Source: Antedon mediterranea (Eukaryota > Animalia > Echinodermata). Taken from it: a stretch of DNA of 64,000 nt. The notes below the pieces were generated by a model that had not been told where the DNA came from, did not search any database, and saw only the letters and a program-made list of their open reading frames with translations. The stretch covers positions 25,127,365-25,191,364 of the forward strand of contig NC_092678.1 of assembly GCF_964355755.1 (NCBI RefSeq), written 5' to 3'. Shown here piece after piece: positions 13,701 to 26,121 of this stretch; position 1 is the stretch's first letter, and every line of letters starts with the position of its first letter. The translations under genes were made by a program, and so were the position numbers.

Positions 13701-15528
13701 GAGTTGACCAATCACACGCGAATGTTCGAATAATCGATTGTGATTGGTCAAATCACTTTGCGTTACGTCATTGCGTTGCGTCCTAGTGGGAACCACGCTT
13801 ACATAAAAACCAACAGCCATAATAGATTTAATTTGAATTTGTAGACTGTTGGGAGGAACAAAGTTTAAAATATTAACTAAAAAAAAATCACCTAGATCCG
13901 ATACAGAATCTTTTAAATCCCTTTGTTTAAAACTGACAGTTGTTGTTGACAAGTTAATAGAATGTTGACCACTGGTATATTAGCATTGAAATGAATGACC
14001 TCTTTAACAACATCCGATGAGTACGTACTTAATAATAAAAACAGACCTACTTATTTTGATTAAATTTAAAAAGTTTAAGAACCTCACGGAACATAATTGG
14101 TGGCACATGTATTGACAATAACATGACTCTTCTTTGTGGATATTGCTGGTTCTATGTAATTACTATAAAATGTTGACATGAAATGTTATGGTCACATCGT
14201 TACGGTGTATTCATGTCAACCGGACGCATCAAAACATATCACTCACCAATAATTATTATACTTTATTAGGCCTAGAACAAACCAAATTATTTTGTTTTTG
14301 TGGGTTTTGGTTTTTTTTTTGTACGTAACAAATGTGAACCCAAATTACTGGATTTAGACTTTAATTAATGTATACCATCCCTGAATAAGAATTTGTATTC
14401 ATATGTTTTTAATGTGTTTCAAAGTTCGAAGTTTAAAAAACATTTATTTGTTCAACAATGGCATTATACAGTATAATATATAGGTGTGTACATAAATGAA
14501 AACATGGTAATAAGCCATCATTTGGGGTCTTCTCTAGAAGAAATCAAGTTTCTTGTCTCGAGAAAGACCCCAGAAACAATACATACGTTTAACCTAATAC
14601 AATTTACTACTTAAAATAATAAATAAAAACAAAAACGATGAAATAAAAATAGATACTTTCAGCATTATATTACTATCATACAACAGTGAGCAATGTAGTT
14701 GGTTCCAAGGTCCACTCTCTGTTGTTTACATACGGTAAGCCTCCAGCACCATTACTTATTAAACACAGGCTATTGATTCTAAAAATCGCCTCCCTATGAA
14801 TACATCATTGGAACTCATTAAACGTGTTTTAAATCATATACAGAATATCAATATTAAAGCGAGGCTACCTATATTATAAGTGACTAAACCAATCACAAGT
14901 GATTGTTCGAATAATCCATTGTTTGTCAACAAATCACTTACGTTGATTTACGTATTTGCGTTGCGTCTCTAGTGGAGGAAGGACCATTGAAGCTTGATTC
15001 CTCCTGAGACGCAACGCAAGGATGTAAACGCAACGAAAGTGATTTGGCCTATTCGCTTGTAATTGGTCAGCTCACTTGCGTTGCGTCTACGTCCTTGCGT
15101 TGCGTCGCTAGTGGTTTAATGCTTTATGCAAATTGAGGAGTAAAACGCTTATGAACTTTTTATGAACATATTATAGACTTTGGATGGGACGTAAAGACGT
15201 TGGTTCCATGTAGATAGTGCACGTTAGAATTTGGCACACTATTCGAAAAGAGTAAGGGGGTGTGGGGGTGTGCTGCTGGCTGCCGTGGCTCCATAGAGGA
15301 CCTAATCCGAATGTCCTCACCAGGAGGACGATAGCTTTACTCACCAATGATATTTGTGAAACCGATACAAAGGCTGTTAGCGGTACCTATGAGACCAGAT
15401 CCAACTTGAAACTGTTCTTTAAACTGGATAAGAAAGAAACTGAAGCAGGGCAGAGCACATCCTATTGATAGTAGCGCTATTATATGCATGCCCGCAAGCA
15501 CGCATACTTTTCTAAACTTCTCTCCCAT
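10717..15528 (-). CDS. SLC16/MCT-like transporter, paralog 2 (~491 aa, long acidic central loop)
   Basis: Exons 15528-15345, 13579-13436 (144 nt), 13009-12050, 10904-10717, all introns phase 1 GT-AG; strongly similar to paralog 1; ends VTAV*. Confidence 0.9.
11083..11325 (-). mobile_element. tRNA-derived SINE (5'-truncated second copy at ~23315-23478)
   Basis: Minus-strand head GAGTGGCCGAGCGGTTAAG (A box) ... GGTTCGAGGC (B-box-like); body shared with 23315-23478. Confidence 0.75.
13650..13800. mobile_element. MITE family B (long palindrome AAGC(T/G)TGGTTCCCACTAGGACGCAACGCAA...GACCAATCAC)
   Basis: Near-perfect foldback. Related copies at ~9620-9720, 11832-12013, 14990-15114, 15676-15838, 17160-17240, 20240-20312, 40150-40304. 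Confidence 0.85.
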
Positions 15529-18080
15529 TATACTGCTGGTGGAAACGCACAAATTAAAAGAGTACTGTTAGTTAGTAGACCTATAAGAAAAAATTTATTT
15601 TAGGACAACTTTTACGTAAGGTTTCGTAACTTCGTACTTATGTTGCAAAAGGTATTTTTACACGAGTAATTCGTTAAGCTTGGTTCCCACTAGGACGCAA
15701 CGTAAGAAAGCCGCCGCAACTCAAGTGAATTGACCAATCAAAAGCAAAGATTATTGCAACTGTTGCTTTGATTGGTCAGTTCGTTTGCATTGCGTCTTAC
15801 GTTCTTGCGTTGCGCCCTAATAAGTGACAACCAATCTTAAACTGGATGAGGACGCATCCAACGCAAGAACGCACACATAACGCCGCCGCGCCGAACGGAT
15901 CATCGATCCTAACTGTCACATGATTGGCCGAATTACTTACGCTTTGCGCGCGTTTTTAGTTCGTTGTGCATCCGTCATGACATCACGTGTGTGCACGTGA
16001 CATGGGACGACGAGACTTTCAATTGTTACGTACCAGAAAAAAATGTCCCTAGTATTACATGTACTATTTAGGAGGACCGACCAATTTAGGGCAGATAATT
16101 AAACATACGATGTAGGCCGCCTACGTTAAGTGGCCATACAGAATCAATAGGGGTCAATTCATCGCTATTTTTTCGATACTGTGATCATTCATGTGATGAT
16201 GATGCAATGACCACTGGCTATCGATTGGTCTCTATGTCCGATAAACAGCAACACAATTGGCGCGAGCACATAATAATACACTGTATTAATATACACACAT
16301 ATGAAGATTTATACAAGAAGAAATTAAGCACTGTTATAATACTAAGAGATTATAAAAGAGATTTTAAATAATCCGTTATAAATACCATAAACCCTTTGAA
16401 TTGTACTACAGGCCTACTAAATAGTCTTATAGTATTAGCCTATGTTATTGTATGTCGCCCGCGCTAAATGTGTCGATCAGCTGATCAAACTACTAGAGTA
16501 TCACATTATCCATAAGCTGGTAATGTACCATACTGATTACATAAGCCTAGATACATTATTATTAGTAGATAATACTAATATCATAACCTACCTCTATTCG
16601 TGCCTCGCATTCAAATCAACCTTCTTTCTCCGATCCATCGAAAATTATGGCACAAATTCGTAAAAAACCTTTGTTAAGGAAGCCAACATTCTATTGACAC
16701 AACGTTGGTATACACTCTTGGTGCTTATTGTCTCGATTAGGGGTCAAAGTTCAATTGCCTGCCAATGAATTGCTTGCTATAATAACATATTATATTACTT
16801 GTTTCGCAATCCGATCATGCAATACAATTAATTGCGTTTTACTTATTGTCTGGCGCAGAACAGCAGGACAGTGATAAATATTCCACCATGACCCCGTGTA
16901 TATACGCATTTATGATGTTAGCAGATGTCATATAATGCATATCATCAAATTTGTATATAGGCCTATACCTATTATTTAGAAAGTACTGTAGGCCTACTAA
17001 GAGAGCCAAGTGGTATTAACATGGCGTACATTTCACGATACAAAAATAGAAATGGTGAACTTTTTCAGGTGAAAATATTGATTATTAACACAATTGTAAA
17101 TTGTTTAATTTTTTAAAACAAGTTTTGTGCCAGAACATAACATTTTGCATTGGTTTGGATCAAAAACACAAGCGACAGTTCGGATAAGCCGTCGCTTGTG
17201 ATTGGTCAAATCTTTCGATACGACTTGCGTTGCGTCCTGGCAACAAGCTATAGCAGCACGCTCACAGCAGCCAGCCGCCGGACAACAAAACAAAAATATT
17301 ATATAAAATAGCCCCTAATTATACTAAATCGAGTAAAAAAAAGTAAATTTATAAATAGATTTTTATTTATTCGCTTATAATGACATTATTGAAATCGAAC
17401 CTGTGTTTAGGCCATCAATCTGCTGGTTCTTATTGTTTTCATATTTAAGTCGAAAAAAGAGAAAACATCATTTATAACTAATAATATGGGCCTAGGCTAG
17501 TCTAGGCATAGGCCTACAGTCTAGTATTATGAGAACATCAAGGAAATGACTAGGCCTAGGCCTAGTCCTATCTAGGCTAGGCCTCTAGGCCTAGCCTAGG
17601 CCTAAACAGTATTTTTATAATAAAAAAAACCGTTTACCATTATTTACCACATTTACCTTGCTAAAAAGAGAACATTACCAAAATTAATAATTTTATAATT
17701 ATATTTGTAAAAAACTCATTAATTTCTTTAATAATTTTGTCATAGGCCTACTTACAATCATCTAACTACTGTGTATAATTCTGGTTTGATAATTATTTGG
17801 AACTGCATGCGTACGTCGTACGTACACACGTATTCTTTTTACGCGCGCATTTTGCAAAATACGCACGTAATTTTTCGCGAACGAAATGTGTGCTCATTTT
17901 TAGATAGAAGGCACAACAAGCAATGAAAGAAAAATTCCATCTTTTAATTAAATAAATGTGAAACAAAGTACAAAATGATTTGTTTTATCCCCGATAATGT
18001 ACTTGAATATCAAGGTATAAAATCTATACCCACAATAGTAGAGAGTTACGTCATTGTTTTGTTTGTTTTCCATTATTTAC

Positions 18081-19295
18081 TCAAGTGACATATTGCGGTT
18101 GTTTTTTACATGTATTGTTGTTAACTTTTTCCCATATACTGTTAGTCATGTGTTCTACCGTGTTGTATACGATGAACGCATTGCTCAGATGACGTTGTTT
18201 CTCCTGGTTTTCATTGGGATTAAATATTTCACTTGGTATAAACGTCGGTGAAATCCCCAGCCTTGCCAATGTCGTTTCTATTAACCTGTTTTCAAGTATA
18301 GATAATAATGAAGTATTATCATTGAAAATGTTTATCAATTTATGTACTAAGTCAGTAGATAATATATTCACACTTCGAAATGATTGCCGACTTTTACCGA
18401 GGTTGTCCTGATTGGGTCGTCTGCGCAGAACTGATCGTCTGTGATGCCAAAGCATAGGAAATCGTCTGCGTCGAAAAGTCGTTTGTTTGCCCATATTTGG
18501 GTCAGTATTTGCATAAAATGGTGTATTACTCTTTTTGTTGGTAAGATAATTGACAACCCTGTACATGTTGACTATGTCATTATCATGTGCAAGTAGGACA
18601 TACGAGGCAGTAGGGCAATTAATGTTCACCCATCGTAGCGCCATTTGTATCTTTAATTCTATAAAATCTGAAGCATCAACATCTATCTGAATTATGTCGC
18701 CAAAATCGAGCGATTCTTTAAAAATTATTTTCGATGCATTTGTATTCAAAGAGTTTCCAAACAAAAATAGTGTCTTTATGACACGTCCCTCGTGGTTGCT
18801 AGGCCAACAGCTTCCCCAAGTATCGCGTATAAGCTGTCGTCTGATTGAATTATCATCACGTGATATAATAATATTTAAAAGAAATACATTTTGAGTTTTT
18901 AAAGGATTCATGTTGACGCAATAATCTGGATAACTGAAAATGTAGTCAATGTTTTTGAAAAAAGATTCCCAAGTTTTATAGCTTCCTTTTCCTCGTAAGA
19001 GTTCATTTGTGAGGAGCTCGATGTTAGACATGGATAAAGAAGCTAGGTGTCCTTTTAACTGGTGGTTCATGGAGTCATTGTTAGCTGGTAATAACTTCAT
19101 CAATTCGTTCAATTTAACCATGTTTCGAATTGGATCAGAAACGAGGTGGAACTTTGACACTTTCTGTAAGACTTGATGAGTTATTTGTCTGTCTTTGCTT
19201 TCTTCAAGATTGTAGTTGGAGGTGATACCAAGGTAGACTAAGAAGAGGCAGAACAGAGCCACCAGTACCACTTTCAGACGTCTATATAACCTCAT
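18081..19295 (-). CDS. Divergent beta-1,3-galactosyltransferase-like protein (GT31 family), single coding exon, 404 aa
   Basis: N-terminal TM anchor; RRQLIRDTWG, KTLFLFG, ESLDFGDIIQID, LRWVNINCPTASYVL motifs; DDD and EDV motifs degenerate. Confidence 0.85.
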   Translation of the reverse strand: MRLYRRLKVVLVALFCLFLVYLGITSNYNLEESKDRQITHQVLQKVSKFHLVSDPIRNMVKLNELMKLLPANNDSMNHQLKGHLASLSMSNIELLTNELLRGKGSYKTWESFFKNIDYIFSYPDYCVNMNPLKTQNVFLLNIIISRDDNSIRRQLIRDTWGSCWPSNHEGRVIKTLFLFGNSLNTNASKIIFKESLDFGDIIQIDVDASDFIELKIQMALRWVNINCPTASYVLLAHDNDIVNMYRVVNYLTNKKSNTPFYANTDPNMGKQTTFRRRRFPMLWHHRRSVLRRRPNQDNLGKSRQSFRSVNILSTDLVHKLINIFNDNTSLLSILENRLIETTLARLGISPTFIPSEIFNPNENQEKQRHLSNAFIVYNTVEHMTNSIWEKVNNNTCKKQPQYVT

Positions 19296-19899
19296 TTTGG
19301 ATTAGTCTATATATAATACACGGAAATAGAGTCACTGGGAGTGTTCTTGTTTACCTTTCCATACACCACCTCTTCGTTGCCGTAAATTGTGAACTCAACA
19401 TACGTTGTTCAATTACAACATAATTAATACAACCAGGAAAGAGTAGTAATCGATCTTCCAATCTTCCCGGATACAACGCTATACTTATAATCCAATACCA
19501 GAAATATGACGTTTAAAAATACATTATTTATTAATATATTGTCATGTGTACCGTACCTGGTATGAATATATAAATAAGAATAATGCATTTAACCTTATAA
19601 TACTAATATTGATTGCATCCATTGTTGTTGTGCGTTGCTGCTGTGTTGTGCTGCTGCCACGCATGTTTAGCCAAATATAAAGTAATACGAATGATTCTAG
19701 CTCGATGGACCGTGACAGGTTCATATATTAACTATTTATTATATCTTGCGTTACAAATTCATGAAACACATAACTACCAATGAAATGTTCATTTCAGAGA
19801 AACGAAATTTTAAAGAAAATGAGGTATTTGAGTTTAGAGAAAGCTGCATTGAAAGTGGCTGTCGATACACATGACCAAAAGATAAATGTATAGACTCTG

Positions 19900-20136
19900 G
19901 TTATTGTTTGAGCTGTATGCTTGGTGGTACCATGCTTGCTTTCCAATCCCAAGGTCTGGGGTTCAATCCTAACCCAGTGCCAGGGTTGTAACTCACGACT
20001 CTCCTACTTCACTCCATAACCCTCAAATGAGACTTATTTTATACGGATGATTAATTATAAAAAACAGTATAATTCATCCTGTAAGGTACGGCGGTTGTAG
20101 GCATAATTGGCGAGTTTTTCGCTGTTAGATATGTAT
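19900..20136 (+). mobile_element. tRNA-derived SINE family (copies also at ~28633-28833 and ~35270-35445)
   Basis: Shared head AGCTTGGTGG..CATGCTTGC..GGTTCAATCCT and shared body CCTCAAATGAGACTTA / ATCCTGTAA / TTAGATGCGTAT. Confidence 0.7.
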
Positions 20137-20535
20137 GAAATTTAAAACAGATAGTCTTTTAGATTTTAAAAACAGAGAAGTAATCTTTGTATACATCGTT
20201 GTAAGACACTTTTTTTTTCATTCTTTTCACACATACCACTAGTTGACCAATCACAAGCGATGGATCATTGGAACTGTGATTGGTCAACTCACTTACTTTG
20301 CGTCCAACCAAGTTTACTGTTTATTTGCATGCAAAATGTGAAACTTTTAAGTTTTAAAATTGCTTTTCTTCTAGTGTATTATTCTACATTTCCAGACGTA
20401 TGTATAAATTATCATCATAATTAAGGTATACTGTGCGTCGTTATGCAAACCAAGTTTACTGTTTAATCGACATGCAACAATATTCCATAAATATAAATTT
20501 CTTGATTAGTTCGTTAAATGACTTTTGATTGTTTT

Positions 20536-23206
20536 TTAAACTTTGTTAGCCGATTCCGTGGGAGGCCTATATTTTGTTATCCATTTTAAACTGAACGCGA
20601 CTTCTCCTATAATCATCAGGACAGCATTTAGTATAAATATTCCTCCTGCGATGAAAAATGACAGTCTATATAACCCGCTTGCATCGTATATCAGACCTGA
20701 AATATAATAATAATGATATTCTTTAGATTAACTTAAGTTTTTGCGTAGACGTGACGTGTTCACGTGTCTAGAATGCAGGCCCTCTAAAATTCTCCACGAA
20801 AACAGGAGTCATGCCCCATTGGTATTTAAACTTACCTATAACATATCCAGCGAACATACAAACGACTCCTCCTGGTAAAATAATAAGTCCATAAACATCT
20901 TTGAATCTTGTTACACAAACTGATTCACGTACAATAGGTGGAAAGATTATAAGGTACCATCCAATAAAATAACCAATTGCCGCCGAACATATTATAATAG
21001 CATACACATTATAAATATAATCAAAGATAATTGTAAGTGTTCCTGTGATTAACATTGACGTTATAAATTCTGTAGATTTTTTCATTAAGTTTATATGTCC
21101 TGGTACGAAGGCTGTAAGTCGACCGATAAGGCTACCAAGCCCATAGGAACCTAACGCAAACGCCGCATTTCTCTCTGATATTCCCTTGTAAATCACACTT
21201 GCGATGAAGTGAATAAAAAATCCAATATAAGCATACTCTGCAAGTGATCGTACGGTACACAGTAGAATAAGGTACGGGTACTTCAAATATAAATGTAAAG
21301 TGGAAATGTCGTCTATCGAATCGCGTCTATCTGTTTTGTCCGACGTGTGACCATCATTTAAAAAGCTGGTTTCGACCGTATTCACATCTTCAACTATCCC
21401 ATTGCTAGTTAATTTCATCTCCGTATTGTTCTTAAGTCGTCGCTTTTTGGAAAATTTTCTAAATATAAAGAGAGAAATTGGCATAGCGTTCATAGATAGC
21501 GCACTTAATATCAGCAAAGTTCCTCGAAATCCGAAATAAACTTTTGCCTCGGCACAGAATATTGGAGTTACGAGCATGCCTGACGCTGAGCCGGCGTACA
21601 GGAAGCCGATGTACACAGGAGAGCCGTTGAAATAATGACCTATTATGAAGATGGTACTCGTAGCCATCAGAGAAAAACCCAAACCTAAAATTAAAAAAAA
21701 ATAAATGTATAGCAACTGAAGTGTGTGTATATATTATGTTTCAATTGTTAGTTTTTTTAGTACGAGAATTGCCCAGGATCGTCAAGCATGGTATCGTATT
21801 CATTTGCGTTTTTCGATCACAACAACACGCACGTACGGAATATATATTGCACAGTTCTTTTCTTAAACAAATTATTAATAGACACATTTTTACGGTGTTT
21901 ATCCGGCCACCACCAGACACAACTCAGTGTGACCGTAGCTTAAATTAATGTTTTCTGCAACTTTTCTGAAGTGACTTAGAATGTCTTACCTGTTAGAATG
22001 TCTTACCTGTTAGAATGTCTTACCTGTGACTTAGAATGTCTTACCTGTTACTTAGAATGTCTTACCTGTGACTTAGAATGTCTTACCTGTTACTTAGAAT
22101 GTCTTACCTGTTACTTAGAATGTCTTACCTGTTACTTAGAATGTCTTACCTGTTACCTGTTACTTAGAATGTCTTACCTGTTACCTGTTACTTAGAATGT
22201 CTTACCTGTTACCTGTTACTTAGAATGTCTTACCTGTTAGAATGTCTTACCTGTTACTTAGAATGTCTTACCTGTTACTTAGAATGTCTTACCTGTTAGA
22301 ATGTCTTACCTGTTACCTGTTACTTAGAATGTCTTACCTGTTAGAATGTCTTACCTGTTACTTAGAATGTCTTACCTGTTACTTAGAATGTCTTACCTGT
22401 TACTTAGAATGTCTTACCTGTTACTTAGAATGTCTTACCTGTTACTTAGAATGTCTTACCTGTTACTTAGAATGTCTTACCTGTTACTTAGAATGTCTTA
22501 CCTGTTACTTAGAATGTCTTACCTGTTACCAATGAATGTGTAAAGAACAACTGCCATACAGCTTTTGTTTGTGACGTCATCAGTAACCCACTGGAGACCA
22601 TACAGCATCCGATGACAATTCCTTCCTTGTCGCCGATTCGCTTTGTCACGACGACTGCCAACGGGCCTACAATGTTACCAAAACTCATTTTTATTTAAGA
22701 AAACAAAACGACGTACAGACAACAACAAATCACGTACACACGCGTCGTGACGTTTGCTCCCAAATCCTTCCAACAATGCGTCGCGCACGCTATTTGCGAT
22801 AAACCAATGCGCAGATACATTTTAACCTTAACATGATATATTTTTAAGCTATGTCTATACACTATCAAACTAGTCTGACACAAAGGTGTGATGTGTCCAA
22901 ATATGGAGGTGATATGCCAAAATATGGCAGTGATATGACATCGTCATGTCCATATTTGAGTACATCGTGCACATTTTTTTTATAACATAAAGTTTGATAG
23001 TGTGGACAGAGCTTTAGGTACATACCGAATACAGATATTGCTCCAAAGAATAAGCTATGTGCCAGTCCAATAGTGGCTGTTGAACTGCCTTGCAGGCTGA
23101 GTGTGAAGTCCACAAGAAAGAAGCTGATGGCAGGCCCAGCAATCCCCATTGTCAACAGATGGGAGACAAGAATACCGACGAGGGTTGTCAATTCTTTCCA
23201 CTCCAT
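20536..23206 (-). CDS. SLC16/MCT-like transporter, paralog 3 (~444 aa, most divergent)
   Basis: Exons 23206-23026, 22666-22523 (144 nt), 21684-20836, 20696-20536, introns phase 1 GT-AG; YFGFRGTLLILSAL, AGYVIGLIYD. Confidence 0.88.
21973..22529. repeat. 21-bp minisatellite (GTTACTTAGAATGTCTTACCT) built on the exon-2 splice donor of MCT paralog 3
   Basis: Roughly 26 units with short indel variants; the minus strand reads ACAG|GTAAGACATTCTAAGTA. Confidence 0.95.
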
Positions 23207-25185
23207 AGTTGCATACACCAAGTGTCTTAGTTTACTAGCCTACTTCGGAAGGATTCCCTGAAAATAACATTATTTTTTATTTTATTACACCTTCTTGCTG
23301 AAAATCATACGATGAGTGACAGTGGCTGTGTGTATAATACACTAGTACACCGGAGTAACCCCCTACTCGTCTCGAAAGATGTACTCTAGGTTCTTCAAAG
23401 TGCACTTGAGCAATGTGTATACTGGACCTACGGTTTATAGTCCTTATCCGGGAAGACTCGTTCTACCACCAGAACCATTAACAAACAAATGTTAACATCA
23501 GCTTCTACACCTATTCACGTGACTAGGTTGTTCCCTGTAATTATATAATAATATATAGTTAAACCTAACCAGTGGTACCAGCATGATTTACGAAAGAAAG
23601 AAACAATTGGCACCAATTGGGACTGGGCCTTGCCGCCAAGCAGTGGTGGGACGTCCGTGGGCTGAAGAAAGAAACGTAACGCACAGGACGTCATGTGTTA
23701 CTTATTATTTATCAAAGAATGAACTGTATCATAATAGGCAATGTTTTCCGTTTGCTTGGCTTTGTTAACCCAATGAAATAAAATATTCGAGTTTAAAATA
23801 AAATAATTGTTAGGTGTTTCCCCCTAACCTATCACAACAGTAGGATTACTAACAATTACAAAAACATCCCAAAATAAATAGTCACCTTAGGCCTATGGGC
23901 TATGAAACTAACTTTTGAACAATGCTCATGAAAATTGCGTAAGCACATGCTTACTACCAGACCGTCTAATCTAAAAACAAATATGATTAATGAATATTAC
24001 TTTACCATGGTTTGCCAGCAAAGATATCACTACAATTCTAACGTTTCCAACAAAAATCACACTCAGGTCAGTGTAATGTCGATTGGTGTAGGCTGTTGTC
24101 ACCAGCTCAGTTTTTATAAGGAATTATGGTACAAATTAAACGTAATGCACGCACGAACATGCCGGATGCCGAACAGGATGTGCAACCGAATGTCACCATT
24201 GTTTCTATCGTGACACTTTAGTGAGGTTCAAAGTCCTACACTTAAGTACAGTACTATAGTATAATAGCCCCAGTATTTCGTAACACTACTTTTTGACTCA
24301 GGTTTGCGCGGTAAACCATGTGTTTCTACCATTGTCTTTAGAGCTAACTGCCCCTACTCATGGATTTAACTTTTAGATATTCATAATTTGGCGACAAAAT
24401 ATAATTTATTTTTGCCAGGTATATAATAGTAGGCCTACTTGCTTTGTATGTATGTTTTGTAATAAACAATAATAATACAATTTTCAAGGTATCATTCTGA
24501 ATGTTAGCAACATATTGCTAGCTACTCTATTGCTACTGCAAAATTGGGGTTGTAAACATTTAGCTTAATATCACTTTGTTGTGTTTGTGTTTTTTTCTTT
24601 TTCTGTACGTCTCAAAATGTCTTTTTTTGTTAATGTAATGCATCCGTATTATATGTTTTATGTTTATGCTTAGGACTACAAAGACAAGCCACTTTGGCTT
24701 CTGTGTATCTTAACCCATAAACTTTGTAAAATATTGAATATTGAATAAATCAACACTTTCATTCATTTTATGTAAAAATATTATATGGGCCTATTGCGAT
24801 AATTGTTTTCGTATTTAAACAGTAAATATGTGGAAAAAGTTGATTCTAATAATTTAGAAAATTAAAAGTTGTAATGTTTATAAAGTATATACTTTATATT
24901 TAAAAAACGTCAAAAATTTTAAAGGAAAGTGTCTTTAATGTTTTATTGATATCATTATATGAAAACATTTTTATAATTGAACTAGCGATCTCAATTTTGA
25001 AAGGCTAGACAGTTGGTCTTTGCAGTAAGACTATGTAAAAAAATATTAAGCTAATTGAAATGGCGATTAAGAATTTAAATCAGGTAGCTACAGTAGCCTA
25101 GTATGAATATTTTATTCTATTAAACAAAATGTAATTTATGAAGACCAAAAAAAAAAAAATTCCATTTATAAACCCAAAAAAAATC

Positions 25186-25259
25186 TGTAGAGATTCGAAC
25201 CCGACCCGACAGCTGGATCTTATGAGTTCTCGAAACAGAGCATTACCCGTTACTCTACA
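25186..25259 (-). other. tRNA-like pseudo-element
   Basis: Minus strand TGTAGAG...GGTTCGAATCTCTACA: acceptor-like stem and B box, no proper anticodon arm. Confidence 0.5.
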
Positions 25260-25420
25260 AAGTATGTACTGTACAAGACTAGACTGAACAACTGACAATA
25301 GTCTATTTTTTACGTTCTTTATTATTACATCATTCTGATCGTTACGTCATAAATATGCATATTCATGAACGTCATTGTGAGGGATTAAAGAAACTCGTAT
25401 TAACATGTCTATAAACCAGA

Positions 25421-25620
25421 GGACCGGATAGCTCAGTCGGTAGAGCGTCGTGGAACACGATTATCGTGGGTTCAAACCCCATGCCGGTCTCGGTAGAATA
25501 GAGTTAAAGCTATGCGAGCTCCTGTGTTTGGGGTTCACAGATTTAAACGTCCCCCTTTCCACCACGGCATTATAAGGCGATATCGCCCTCAATTTAAGAA
25601 CATCTGAGTTACATACATAT
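25421..25620 (+). mobile_element. tRNA-derived SINE
   Basis: GACCGG..TAGCTCAGTCGG (A box)..GGTTCAAACCC (B box)..CCGGTC, then non-tRNA body and TACATACAT tail. Confidence 0.7.
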
Positions 25621-25934
25621 TATATACTATAGGCCTAATAAAATATACAGTATAATGAAATATTATATCCGAATTTCCTCACTGAGGACAAATATAAATA
25701 CAAAATACAAAAATACAAATTATAATTGATGGATTCCATAATGTAGGCCTATTTTAAATGGAGTGTGGATCACATTGCCAACAAATAATTCTTTGATGGT
25801 GGTTCTTACAGAATGTATTGCTTTTCTTTATTAAAAATAATATAACAGACTCATTGAAATAAAAGTTGATTTAAAATACGTCGATTTTCGATTTCTCACA
25901 TAATTATTAATAATCAGTACCCATTGCGTCATTA

Positions 25935-25995
25935 CACTGATGACCAATCATAACCGTTTATGCTATTATGAAAATCAAGAGACTGCTTCCGGGTT
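25935..25995 (+). promoter_or_regulatory. Candidate nischarin proximal promoter (CCAAT box and ETS-like CTTCCGG)
   Basis: GACCAATCA at ~25942 and GCTTCCGG at ~25985, 130-180 nt upstream of ATG 26122. Confidence 0.4.
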
Positions 25996-26121
25996 ATTTA
26001 AAGTGTACCACCTGACAGCAGAGTTCATGAGAGGAGAATGTGTGGTCGCGAAAAAAAAATCAATTATTAGTTAGAGCTAGGCCTAGCTTTACGCTAAATT
26101 AACTTTTGTAATAGCATAAAA

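Noticed and set aside
21998-22543. LECLTCY / MSYLLLR repeat ORFs
   Set aside because: Antisense readings of the 21-bp intronic minisatellite
25421-25490. Functional tRNA genes here and at 11240-11325, 25186-25259 and 27385-27445
   Set aside because: Anticodon arms are missing or malformed, most heads continue into repeated non-tRNA bodies, and no clean cloverleaf can be drawn
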